64,000 nt of DNA from assembly GCF_009914755.1 (NCBI RefSeq), contig NC_060948.1; one strand, written 5' to 3'. This DNA is from the human T2T-CHM13v2.0 reference genome, Homo sapiens. The notes below the pieces were generated by a model that saw only the letters and a list, made by a program, of their open reading frames with translations, did no database searches and had not been told where the DNA came from. Both the position numbers and the translations under genes were made by a program. Below, piece after piece: positions 22,896 to 35,324 of the stretch (position 1 is its first letter; the number at the start of each line of letters is the position of its first letter).

Positions 22896-25800
22896 GAACC
22901 ACACTTTCTTATTTCACCTTATGCTATGTGATTCTGTTGGTGTCGAAAACAGGCATATAAATTTTCAAGTGTTGTACCTTTGAAAATCAGATTTTCTCCC
23001 TCTGTAGCTTGCTAGGGATTTGTTTATTCATCATCTAGGCTATTTCTGTCATGACAATCAGTCTTACTGATTTTGTTGGGGGTTTTTCTTGAGGCTGCAT
23101 CATTTTGGAGCACAGATGTGTAGCAACACATTTTATTCTAAATTTTCACGTACATATGTTTTCTTTGAATGTTTTCTCTATCATTCTCTGGCCTCTAAAG
23201 AGAAAAAAAAAACAGAAAAATTAGGAAAGAAAGGCTCTGCCTTTGTAAATCGTCTGAAAGTTACTTGAGTAGCAGGAGAAAAAGCCTGTAAAAGGTTTGG
23301 AAAATGAAAAATGACTGTTCACCACTCGCAGGACCTCCGTAATAAGAAACAGCAATCGGTTAGCCAGTCCTCCTGAGATTTGGAGGATAAGGTCATTTTT
23401 GCCTATCGTGGCTATTGCCAGCTGCTCCAGAAGTATTTGCAAGGCTGCACACCACGGCAATAGTTGATAGGAATAAATAACTGCTGTTGACCTATGCTAT
23501 AAAGTTGATCGAACTTAATTGTTGTTGACTTTACAAATCGTGTTTTGAAAGCTTCAAAACTTCAGATAGGATCTATAATTCCAAACTATTTGCGTCATAG
23601 CGATTCTGCCACTGCACATATTGAAGAGTTGAAGGGACAGATGCATAGTGCTCTGTAATCCATTGTCTCGTTTTTGCAAGAACCTGTATCATTTTATTTT
23701 CAATCTCTCTCTTTGCACTTAAGGTAACACTTGCAGGGAAATCACATATGTGAACCCTTCTTTTAAAGGTACATTTGCATCATTCTGTGCCTTTTTATGA
23801 AGGAGCTCACATTTAAAGTTATTAAACGTAAAAAACTATTCACTCTGATATTTAATTACTTGCTTTCTGTATGTTCTTTACCTTATTTGAATTTTTAAAT
23901 TTCTCCTTTCATCTTTCAGAAAAATTTCTTAATTTCTCAAAACTTTCTTCTTCTATATATTTTATATTATATTTAGTTACATTTGGGACCTCAATAAATA
24001 TTCTAAACTTAAAATAGCCTACGTTGGATAATACTACCTTATTTAAATAATCTAAAGTCTAAGTTCAACAATATAAAGGTACTCTGCTCCTGCACTTTTC
24101 TATTCTTCTCAAATTATATTATATTGTCTCAGACTATGTCTCCACTCACAGAGTGTCCATGAAATTAAATCTGTATTTTTTTTGTATGTAATAGCTGCCT
24201 ATAATAAGCATAATAGTAGTAATTATCTTTGCTAGGTAATAGTAATAGCTTTTATTGGTGGGGGGAGGGTTAGACACACATTTCTTTAGCTTATTTTTAT
24301 CTAGACATTTTCTGCTTGTGTATTATTTTACAGGTTATAAATGTTCTTCATTTCTCCAAGGTGTCTTCTTAGTTATTGGCAGCTTAGTATCCACTTAAAT
24401 AGCATTTTGTATAAGAGCAGTATACAAGCTATTATTTAAAAAAACTGAATATGTATTATCAGATTGTCAATTATATGAAGTAACTGCATTGTTGGTTCTC
24501 AGGAAACTAAATGTTTGTGACCAATTCCTGGCATTTTCAACCAAGAGTGACTTCTGACTTTGGCAAAACAGAAATAAAAATGACTAATCAATTCATCGTT
24601 TATTCTCTAGAAAGACTAGAACAAACACAATAAATTAGCACATAAGGGCTGTTTTACTCCTTCTAGAATCAGGAATCAGGGCCTCAAATTGAAAATGTGG
24701 ATTTCAGTTTTGCAGGCTTCATCTGTGTCTGGGAGGCAGTATGACAATCCAAAACATTAACTGTTTTAAAATTGTCTCTCTTGATTAAGTGTTTCCTTGG
24801 TTGATGTGAACTATTGGTGAACTATTGGTTTCCTGGGTGTAGACGGTTTTTTATTTGTTTGAGATTTCTTTGAATGGTTTGACGCTGCCTGCTCTGCAAT
24901 TTTGTTTCAGTTTTATTTGTGAAGCATGAACTGTTTTCTAATCTCAGTTTATTTTTATTTAGGAGATCTAAATTTTGTCCCATGAAAATGTTGTTTCAAA
25001 TGCTGAAGTTAAATGTTACACTTTTAATTTGGGTTTCTAGATTTTTTATTTGTTTGTTTTAGTGGTTATAGTGTAAGGTTTTTTGTTTGCTTTATATTAA
25101 TTGATCCTATCAATTTCATATAAAATGCATGAGGTAAAATTCTCTATTGAGTACAGCTTGGACTCATGTGAGACAAGCATAAAATAATTAGTCTCTAAAG
25201 TGACTGTGAAGTAAATATCTAAATAAAATAATAAGGGAATAATCACACAAGCATGCATCAAGATCAACAAGTTTGATGACCTCCACCAGACGTCTGCTTA
25301 AATTGTTTGAAAAACAGCCAGGTCACTGTGGCTGGAGCAGACCGTGGAAGGCAAACAGTTATAGACATTGAGCTCATGGAGGTAACAGACAGTCCATGTG
25401 AGTGGCTAGGGTTTCTGTAAGTCAATAGATTTTACTTTCTTTTTACCCTAAGCCTGGTTCATGACTAGAAGTGGAATTGGTAAGGTGGTTACTAGCATCT
25501 AGCCCTGAGAGATTAGAAAAGCTGAAAAATATCTTAAAATCTAGAGTCTCAGGCCTCTCTTTGATAAATTAACAGTGATAGATCATCTCTCCAGAAAATT
25601 GTACATAAGAAAAGCACACTTTGATTTTATATTTTCAAGATTACTTAACTCAATCTTTGGTTTCTATAAATCAGAAGAATTTTAAGAAGCTTTTGTAAAG
25701 TTCTGTTGATTCAAGTTAAGGTAAGTGTTAGTAAAGCGAAGTCAGTTGAGTTAGTCAATGATTACAAAGTAAACCATATATTTCTTTTTCTCCCCTTTCC

Positions 25801-26494
25801 TTTTCCCATTACTTTTTAAATATTTCCGTAAAACACTAGTATAGCAAAGAAAAAACAACAACAACAACAAAAAAACGAAGCCAGGCAGCCTCTGTTTTGT
25901 GGGTGGCAATTAAGAAAACACAACGAATGGCTTTTGGGATAGAACTAAACTTGACTACAGCTGGAAGGCATACAGAAAAGACATACACACTTGTGGATTG
26001 GCACACTACATTATGCATGCACAATGGGCATAATATTTATCGTAAGGCAAAAATTAAATATGTCTGATGACATAAAAGTTGCTGAGCCATTATAATAACG
26101 AAGCCCAATGAAAACAAAGATTTCAAGGATTATAGCTGGGGTTAGAGAACTCTTGCTTTTGCTAAAGTTGTTGAGTAGAATTAACACTGAGGTATCTTCT
26201 ACTGTTCTAAAATTGTATTTGATAGAAGATTTTTATAGTGGGAATCTTTGATCTCAATTAGTTATGCTCTCTCATGTTCTAAATTAACCAGAAATAAATA
26301 CATTCACAAAAATTTACATGAGCCAATTAGAGAAAATAAAAACAAGTGAATGAAGAAGTAGCTGTAATAGAAAAATGTATGTGGAAATGTTAAGATAAAT
26401 CAAAAAAGGAGGTTAATTCATACAGTGTAAAATCTTTTACATTTGATTACAAAAATTGTTTTGTAGTTCATGAGGCTCATCTCATGAATTTACA

Positions 26495-26680
26495 TTTTTC
26501 TGCCAGATTTATATTCACTAAAAGCTGATTAGAGTGTGCCCACAAGAATAAGGTGGATCTGCATTCCACAGCTCACTGATTCAAAGATTGTTTCGGGGAA
26601 AAATTCCAACAGATACACCCAGGATTAATACCCTGTATACCTCAATCCAACGAAGTCAACACTCAGTATTAACCATCACA
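26495..26680 (-). mobile_element. MLT2A-type 3' LTR of HERV-L, truncated
   Basis: Minus strand begins TGTGATGGTTAATACTGAGTGTTGAC after the PPT-like AAGGGGTGGATT. Confidence 0.85.
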
Positions 26681-29600
26681 AATCCACCCCTTGACAACTT
26701 GAACCACTACACGTCTCCTAAGAGAATACCTAATTTTCAAGTAAAGAAAATAATAACATCATAATTACACCTAACGTAATACAACTGTCTTTGTTAAAAC
26801 CAGTAATTCACCAATCCCAAATCTAAACACTATTATGTGAAGTTAACCATACTCAAATGTTGATTTGATGTCAATAAATCTAATGTCACATAATAAAGAA
26901 AAAGAAAAAATGAAGGTACTATTACATGTGTATACATACACAAACTTTTTTTTTGACAAAAAGAGGAACTATTTAGAACAATTAACGTCCTCATTTCTGC
27001 AGCTGGTCACCTGGTTGTAGCTGGTGTTGATGTCTACCTTCTTCTACCAACCTTTATGTGTTCCCTTTGCGTTCAACAAGCACCTCAGCTGAGACCCCTA
27101 ATACCTTTCCTTTCTTCTTTCTTTCCTTTCTTCCTTCCTTCTTTATTTCCTTCCTTCCTCCATTCCTTCCTCCCTTGTTTCTTCTATTCCTTCCTTCCTT
27201 CCTCCCTCCCTCCCTTCCTTCCTTCTTTTCTTCCTTCCTTTCTTCCTCTCTCTCTCTCTTTTCTTCTTTCTTTCTTGTTTGTTTGCTTTCTGGCTGGCTG
27301 GCTGCCTGGCTGGCTGGCTGGCTGGCTTGCTTGCTTGCTGGCTTGCTTGCTTGCTTGCTTCCTTTCTTTTCTGTTGGAGTAACCCAAACCTTAACTCCTG
27401 AAGGTTCTGGATCATTTACAGTCCTGTCAAAATTAGGCTGTTGTAATTTTCCGTTGATCTTAATCTCAGGGCAGTTAAATACTATCAGGCACCTTAATGG
27501 ATCTCCTGTGTTCCATGTATATTCTTCCATACCTCCGTTGTAAAATAGTAGACTGATTTTATCTTGCTAATTCAAGTCAGTCACCACAGCCAACACTGTC
27601 ACTTCCTTAGCCTGTTGACTGAAAGGCAGGAGTAGCCCAAAATGCCAAGGGGACAATCTTCACTGTCAGTTTAATGGAAATGTCATTCTGTCTCCTGGTG
27701 GCAACATTTCTCCCTCTGGAACTAAGACCTGTAAGCCTGTGGAACATAATGTAAAGGAAACAGGAAGCAAACATTTTGCTAGTGGATCACTAGGGGTGAT
27801 GGTGAGTGGGGACATTTTCACTTCCACACCTTGATTTCTGTACCCAATAATTCTGGCTATGGGAAAAAGAGTATATGTTCAACACTGATTCAAAACATAC
27901 ATTGCCTTCTGGAGAACTTTTCCCCAGGTTTGCAAAGTCTTGTCACATGGTTGGTATTGTAATTGTAACTTTAAAAGGCCATTTCACCATTCTATTAATC
28001 CAGCTGCCCTAGGATGATGGGAAGCATGGTAAGACCAACGAATTCCATAATGCAGGAGCCCACTGCCACACTTCTTTAGCCATAAGGTGAGTGTCTTTGT
28101 CAGAGGGAATGCTGTGTGGAATGCTATGTTGGTGGATGAGGTATTTAGCGTGTCCACAGATGGTAGTCTTGGCAGAAGCATTGGATGCAGAATAGGCAAA
28201 CGCATATCCAGTGTAAGCACCCTGAGAAACGGTGCCATATCGACGGATCAGTGTTGGACTCTGTTGCTTGCAAATGGGGCATGCAGCAGTGGCCATAGCC
28301 AGGTTAGCTTTGGTGAGTAAAAGTCCATTTCGCTGAACCCATGCATAATCTTCACCCCTGCAATCATGGCCACTTTGTTTATGGGCTCTCTGGGTGATGA
28401 CAGCAGAAACTCGGGAGAGAGGCTGAGTGGTTTCCACAGGATGGTTTATTCTATCCATTTGCTTACAAAATTTTTCCTCTTCTGAGGTCACCGTTGTTGA
28501 ACACTTACATGAAATATAAATATCCTCACAGTTTTTGACCACTCAGAGAGGCTAATCTACATAACTCTCTCTTAAATTACTTTGCCACTTATTTACTGAT
28601 AATGCTTCTTCCAAGTTCCTGATCATCCAGCCAAAGCATTGGTTATGGCCCATGAACCAGTATATAATCACACATCTGGTTATTTCTCCTTGGCATTCAG
28701 TCTACTGGGAAGAGGTCCCTTCACCACTGTTCTTCACGGATATCCCAGCAAAAATCTGTACTGCTGCAGCTGTTCATTCTTGGGTGGTGGCTCCATATAT
28801 GGTGCAGAACCATCTGGAGCCAGGCCATAGTCTCCTCTTATTCTGTCAACTGACCATAGGGAACTAGCCATGAGACCATCAGTGCAGGTTGGAGGGGAGA
28901 AGGCATGGTGGCAAGACTGGAGAACATGAGCATTTGAGTCAGTGACGCATGTAAATTACTTGTGCCTTCAGGACTGGCTTGAGACTGAGCACATATGTAC
29001 CACTTCCATTTGATGATGAAATTCTGCTATGGACAACCCACTTTATGGCTAGATGGATCAGAAAGCACCCAGTTCATGATAGGCATTTCAGTTCACTTGG
29101 TGACTTGATGACTTATAGACAAGGGTACAGTTTCCACCAAACCCAGTAACAGGCCAAGAGTTGTCTCTCAATAGGACAATGGTTATCTGCAGAAGATGGC
29201 AGGGCCTTACTTCAAAATCCTAGAGACCTATGCTGTGATTCACCTGTGAGATCCTGGCATTAGGTTCCAAAGAGCACCCCTATCTACCACTGACACCTCA
29301 ATCATCATTATATCTTCTGGGTCATACGGCCCAAGTGACAGAAAAGCTTGCCTGGATCTTCTACAGAGCTTTCTCCTGTTCTGGACACTATTCACAACTG
29401 GCAGCCTTTTAAGTCACTCAATAAAAGGGGGAGAGTAACAACCTCACATAAGGAATATGTTTTCTCCAATATCCAAAGAAACTCACTAGACATTGTCCCC
29501 CATTTTTTTGTTTGTATGAGGGGCCAAATGCAGCAAATTGTTCTTTACCTTAGAAGGAATATGTCAACAGGTCTTACACCACTGGACCCCTAGAAATTTT

Positions 29601-31735
29601 ACTGAGGTAGAAGGTCCCTGAATTTTAGTCAGATTTATTTCCTATAATCTGGTATAAACATGCCTCACCAATAAGTCCAGTGTGTTTGCTACTTCTTGCT
29701 CACTGGATCAAATCAGCATAATGTCATCAGTGTAACAGACAAGTGTGATATCTTGCATGAGCCAAAAGAAATCAAGATCTCTCTGAAAAAGATTAAGGCA
29801 CAAAGGTAGAGAGTTGGTATACCCCTGAGGTAGGAGAGTAAAGGTGTATTGCTGGTATTGTTGGGTGAAGGCAAATTGCCTCTGGTGGGTCTTATGGACA
29901 GGAATGCAGAAAAAGGCATTTGCCAAGTCAATGGCTGCATACCAGATGCCAGGAGATATATTTATTTGCTCAAGCAATAAAACCACATTTGGTACAGCAG
30001 CTGCAATTCGAGTCACCAAGTGGTTAAGCTTACCAAAATCTCCTGTCATTCTCCAAGATCCACTTGTCTTCTGCACAGGTTAAATGGGAGAGTTGCTTTC
30101 AGACGTGCTGGTAATGACCAACTGTGTGTCTTTCAAGTCGTTAATGATGGTACTAACCTTCACAATCTCTCTGGGGTTGTGATATTGTTTTTGATTTACT
30201 GTATTTTCAGATAGAGGAAGCTCAAATGCTTCCATTTGCCTTTTCCCATTTTAGTAATCCTCACCCTACAGGTCAGGAAGCAAATGTGGGGTTCTACCAG
30301 CAGCTAAGTGTGTCTATGTCAATAATGCATTCTGGCACTGGGAAAATGACCTTAGGATGACTCTAGGTACACGCTCGACCCACTGTAAGTCTGACGGGGG
30401 CTAAAACTTTATTAATTGCCTGACCTTCATAAGGTTCTATTTTAACTGTAGAACCACAATGATGTTTCGGGTCTCCTGGAGTCAGTATCAGCTCAGATCC
30501 AGGGTCCAGTAGCCTGAAAATTCTGATCATTTCCCTTTCTTCCAGGCATAGTTACCCTGACAAAATCCAGGCGTTACTTAAGGAACAATGAGAGAAAGAT
30601 TCACTGCATAAATTGTTGGTAATGGAGTGGGGTCTTTCCTCAAGGGGATCCAGCCTCCCCTTCATTCAAGGGGTTCTGTGTCTTTAAATTGGCTCTGGTA
30701 TGGAAATAGGTTGAGAAGCTGTGGTTCTGTTTTTATAATTTAGAATAGTTCTTCATCTATTTGACACCAAAGTTTTCTGTTTCTATAACTTAAGTAGGAA
30801 TGCAGTAGGCTTTCTATCAATTTCACTTCCAGGAACACCTTGATTAATTAGCCAGTGCCAGGGTTCTACAGGTGTCAGACTCTTCTGATTGCTGCTTTGC
30901 GACAGCTGTCCATTATGGTACCTACACCCACCTTGCCTTTGATGGTCGAGTGTTGCCACTTGGTTCCTGCCACCTTGGGATTCAATTATCCCTAGTGTAT
31001 TTAAATGTTATAGTTAGTGGCTGCAGTTCCCGCCCTTAGATCTGACACACAGAGAAGAGTAATTACAGAGCTGTTCAAAGATGCAGGTACTGCTCTGCTT
31101 CACAAGGCATTGATCAAGAATATATCCTCTGGACTCTCTCAGCTGGGATGAGTAGGTCTAAAGTGAACTAATCTACTCCACCATTCCAATCTCCCAAGGC
31201 CTTTGGATTTCATCCTTTACTTTAAACCAATGGAGAGCGGACATTTATAGAGCTCACTCACAGTGGGCCATCTTTGAATTCATATTTTAGCTAACCAAGC
31301 AGATAAACTATGAGAAATTCTTAGCTCCCTGTGCTGCATCTTTAAATGCAGAGTCCCTACTAGGTCAGCCCTAGTCAATAAATTCAGCCTGATACAACCC
31401 TGTGTTCCTTCTGCTATTATCCCATACCCTTAATATCCATTTGCTTCTGTGTTCTCTAGCCTGCTGTTCATGTATATTATAGAACTCAAACAGTTGTTCT
31501 TCAGTTTACCACAACTTCTCATGGGTTGCACTCTCAATATCACCGTAAAGAGCCCGCCAGTACTTTAGTTTAGTTATAGGCTTAGAACCAAACAGAGATG
31601 TTGGGGGTGGCCTCTGAGAAGAATCAACATTATCATACCTGGCAACTGACTCAGGGGAGGCTATCACTGTGGCCTCAGCCAGCACATGGTTTATCTCTAT
31701 AGGTAGAGGTGGAAAGACTGAAGGCAGCATGTACC
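26681..31735 (-). mobile_element. Defective HERV-L internal region (partial gag, pro, RT, RNase H, IN, dUTPase)
   Basis: ORF 29708..30076 GSWRMTGDFGKLN..WYAAIDLANAFF..YTFTLLPQGYTNS..CYTDDIMLI (ERV-L RT); ORF 28009..28542 AHKQSGH..ACPICKQQ (integrase HHCC); ORF 31506..31730 gag-like. No env. Confidence 0.92.
27105..27372. repeat. Compound microsatellite (TTTC/TTCC)n-(CTGG)n-(CTTG)n inside HERV-L
   Basis: Directly visible polypyrimidine and tetranucleotide arrays. Confidence 0.96.
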
Positions 31736-32322
31736 TCTCTCTTCTGGGATGCAGAACAATAATTTGAGATCAGCTGACTATCAGGGCTGAATGACCTGTA
31801 ACACAACTATGGATAAAACTCGCCCCCTTGCTTATCGTAGTGTGGAACACAAAAATAAGAGGACAGCTGTGGCCCTTCAGGGTGCACAGACTTAGGGGCT
31901 CTCGATGCCATGACTGTGACACCCTCTTAGGGGCTTTGCATTTTCTGGCATCTCCAAGCTTCTGGGCCCCACTACGTTTCACAGTATCAGCTGTGGATGC
32001 TGCCTGCAGTATGCCTGGCCCAGCTGCTGCTTCTCAGTGAGACGGAACTTCTGCTGGCACCTAAAATTTCTTGTTTTGCCACAGCTGGCATGCCTGGATG
32101 AGTTTAGTGGTTGGAGCCCACACTTGCTCATACAACACTCACCACTCCACCATGCTTGCCCTTGGCAGGTGATAAATGCTGGCTCTTAATGCAAGCTGAG
32201 TGCAGCCTGTCAGGCAGAGTGGGTAGAACACATGTAGCAGGCCTGGGAAAAACTCAAGCAAAGGCACCACTGGCCACAGGGGTTTTCATCTGGCAAAGTG
32301 ACTCCCCTAAAATTCTGTAACA
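31736..32322 (+). mobile_element. MER52-family LTR, 3' part
   Basis: Ends ...ggccacaggggttttcatctggcaaagtgactcccctaaaattctgtaaca. Confidence 0.78.
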
Positions 32323-32629
32323 AAAGAAGCATAGCTAATTGTGTTTAAATGCCTTACTTCTCTTAAATCCTGAGACACTGATAATTGAGTGTCAATACCC
32401 TGAATATTTTCATATTTTATCCTTATTTGGAAAGTATTATATTTCAACATTATTTAGAAATAAAATTTGCATAATTGGTATTTGCGTTGAACCACCTGAA
32501 TCCCAAGAACATATTTGCATGGAACCACCTGATTCTCACAAAATATATTTCTGAAATATAGGCATTGGGCTTCAGATTAGCATTCTTTTAGCAGATTATG
32601 AAACTTGCCAATGGAACACAATTTCTAAT

Positions 32630-32810
32630 CCCTGGATTTTGACATTATATACTCACATACTTTTTTTTTTTTGTGGAGGCACTTTTGCTGTGCATTGTAA
32701 GAGGATGAGCAGCATTTCTGACCTTTTCCACTAAGTGCAATAGTAGCATCCTTTTTCCATGGTTGAAATGTCCAAATATCTTAGTGTCTTCTGGAAGCTA
32801 AATTGTTGAC
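32630..32810 (+). mobile_element. MER20-like (hAT) DNA transposon remnant
   Basis: tgtggaggcacttttgctgtgcattgtaagaggatgagcagcatttctgaccttttccactaagtgcaatagtagc resembles the MER20 core; mirror copy at ~48130-48310. Confidence 0.6.
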
Positions 32811-32872
32811 ATTGACTATTCTAAAGAGTTATGAAGAATGAATAAAAAAACCAGTTTTAACAATTTTGCAGA

Positions 32873-33165
32873 GGCCATGCAGGGTGGTTCACACCTGTAA
32901 TCCCAGCACTTTGGGAGGCCAAATTGGGAGAATCACCCTAGGTCAGGAGTTGGAGACCAGTCTGGCCAACATGGTGTAACCCTGTCTCTACTAAAAATAC
33001 AATAAGTAAACAAACAAACAAAATTAGCTGGGCATGGTGACAGTCGCCTGTAATCCCAGCTACTCGGGAGGTTGAGGCCAGGAGAATTGATTGAAACCAG
33101 GAGGCGAGAATGAGCTGAGATCATGCCATTGCACTCCAGCCTGCATCACAATAGCGAACTCTGTC

Positions 33166-33197
<32 letters not shown>
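32873..33197 (+). mobile_element. AluS with (AAAAC)n tail
   Basis: Full dimer ggccatgcagggtggttcacacctgtaatcccagcactttgggagg... Confidence 0.92.
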
Positions 33198-33489
33198 TAC
33201 ACAAATTTTATATGAGATCTTATTTTTATCTAACTTTCTGCTGTTCTAATATCCTGTCACTTACGCAATGAACCAGAATGTCCTGCATGTACCCTGGAAC
33301 TTAATACAAAACAAAGTTAAAGAAATTAAATAAAACTAGAAAGGCTTTCTTTTCTTAGAAGTGAGGTTATAGTAACTGAAATGTGTGCCACACTTTATTT
33401 AAGACATTTTCTAATTACAAATCAGGGTTGTCACAAACTGCATTGAAAAGCAAATAAGTAGAATATCTCAATTCTTAATTGATCAAATT

Positions 33490-33766
33490 TATTTTCTTTT
33501 ATTCTTAGAATGGAATCCCACACTGTCTCTTTGGATGGTGTGCAGTGGTGCAATCTTAGCACACTGCAGCACCCTGCCTCCCAAGTTCAAATGTTCATTC
33601 TTCCTCAGCTTCTTGAATAGCTGAGATTACAGGTATGCACCAACACACTCGAAGGGTTTTCACCATATTGGCCATGTTGTCTCAAACTCCTGGCTTCAAG
33701 TACTCTGCCTGTTTTGGCCTCTAAAAGTGCCGGAATTACAGGCATGAGCCACCAAGGCTTGCCGGC
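33490..33766 (-). mobile_element. Old Alu (Jb/Sz-like) lacking its central A-rich linker
   Basis: ...gattacaggtatgcaccaacacactcgaagggttttcaccatattggcc: linker deleted. Same deletion in the copy at 47200-47475. Confidence 0.85.
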
Positions 33767-35002
33767 CCTCGTCTGAGTTTCCAATTGAGAAATACACTGG
33801 TCTTACAAACCTTATTTTTTATATCATATTTTTGATGAGTTTCATTTTATGTCTCATAATTCACAAAGATAATTTAAGTGCATTGTCTCTCTATTGGAAA
33901 TGAATTTATTTCCATTAATACATAATTAAAAGAGTAGGTTTATGTAGAAAGTCATTTTTCTATGGTGAAGAGTTCTCACATCTTAGAAATTGCTTTACAT
34001 ATCTCATTTGGAAAACTCATTGCATTTATTGATTACACTTGCATTTTTTTTTCCTTTGCATTTTCTTTTGTAAGAGTATTCTAAATTGTTTCAAGATACA
34101 ATAAGATGTTTAATTATGTCAAATAAACTTAAAAGGTATTTTCTTCGAAAGACAACTTTTTCTTAAGCTATGTTTCTACTAATACTGTGTGATTACTTTT
34201 TGTATGTTACTAGGAATTAATTGATGTTTAAATCTTCCCAGCATCCAAAGTTCATCTGCAATATTTAAGAAATAAAGAACTGCTAGCAGAGCAGGCTGTT
34301 CTGGTCCATAGTTCACCCACTACCGTCAACCCTGGTTTTGAGCTACCTGCAGCACAAGATTGGCTGGGTAAAAAAATCTCAAAAAGATATCAGTCTGTTT
34401 GATGGAAATATATTACATAGACAAAGAAATGACTAGTGGGTATTTAAAATCATAAAGAGGTTTTTTATCGTTAATAACAGTTTTGTTTGAAATTCTATAT
34501 TTACATTTAGAAAAAATTAACTCATCGCTTTTGTGTTGCTTTGTTTTTAATCAACTAGCTTAACATTTTGTAGCCATCAGGTATATAATTAAAACCATTT
34601 CTATCAGAGAATATTATTTTTTTAAATAAGATGTATTACTTAAATGCTCTCATATATGGTTTTGGTAATTTAACACAGTGGAATTGATTTAATCATATAC
34701 AAAAAAATAGTAAGACTGTTGAGTAAGAAGAAACCAAATTTAATGGTACAAAAAGTTTATACTAAAAATGTATACATTAAAAAGATTTTTCTAACCCAAA
34801 CATTGAAGTTGCTTAATGTTGTTTTAGTTAAATTCCAAGAGAAGTATTATTTTAAAATCATAATGTGAAAAGAGATCATCTGAGTGCATGTTATTACTTT
34901 TAAATGTCCACGTCAATTAAACAAAATGGATAGCAATGTTCAAATCTTACGCAGAACTGAAACTCATAGCGAGAGGTAATGTAAGTAAATTGAAAAACAA
35001 TA

Positions 35003-35324
<322 letters not shown>

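Noticed and set aside
27054-27543. Long K/E/R/G-rich and L/P/S/F-rich ORFs
   Set aside because: Produced by the compound microsatellite within HERV-L.
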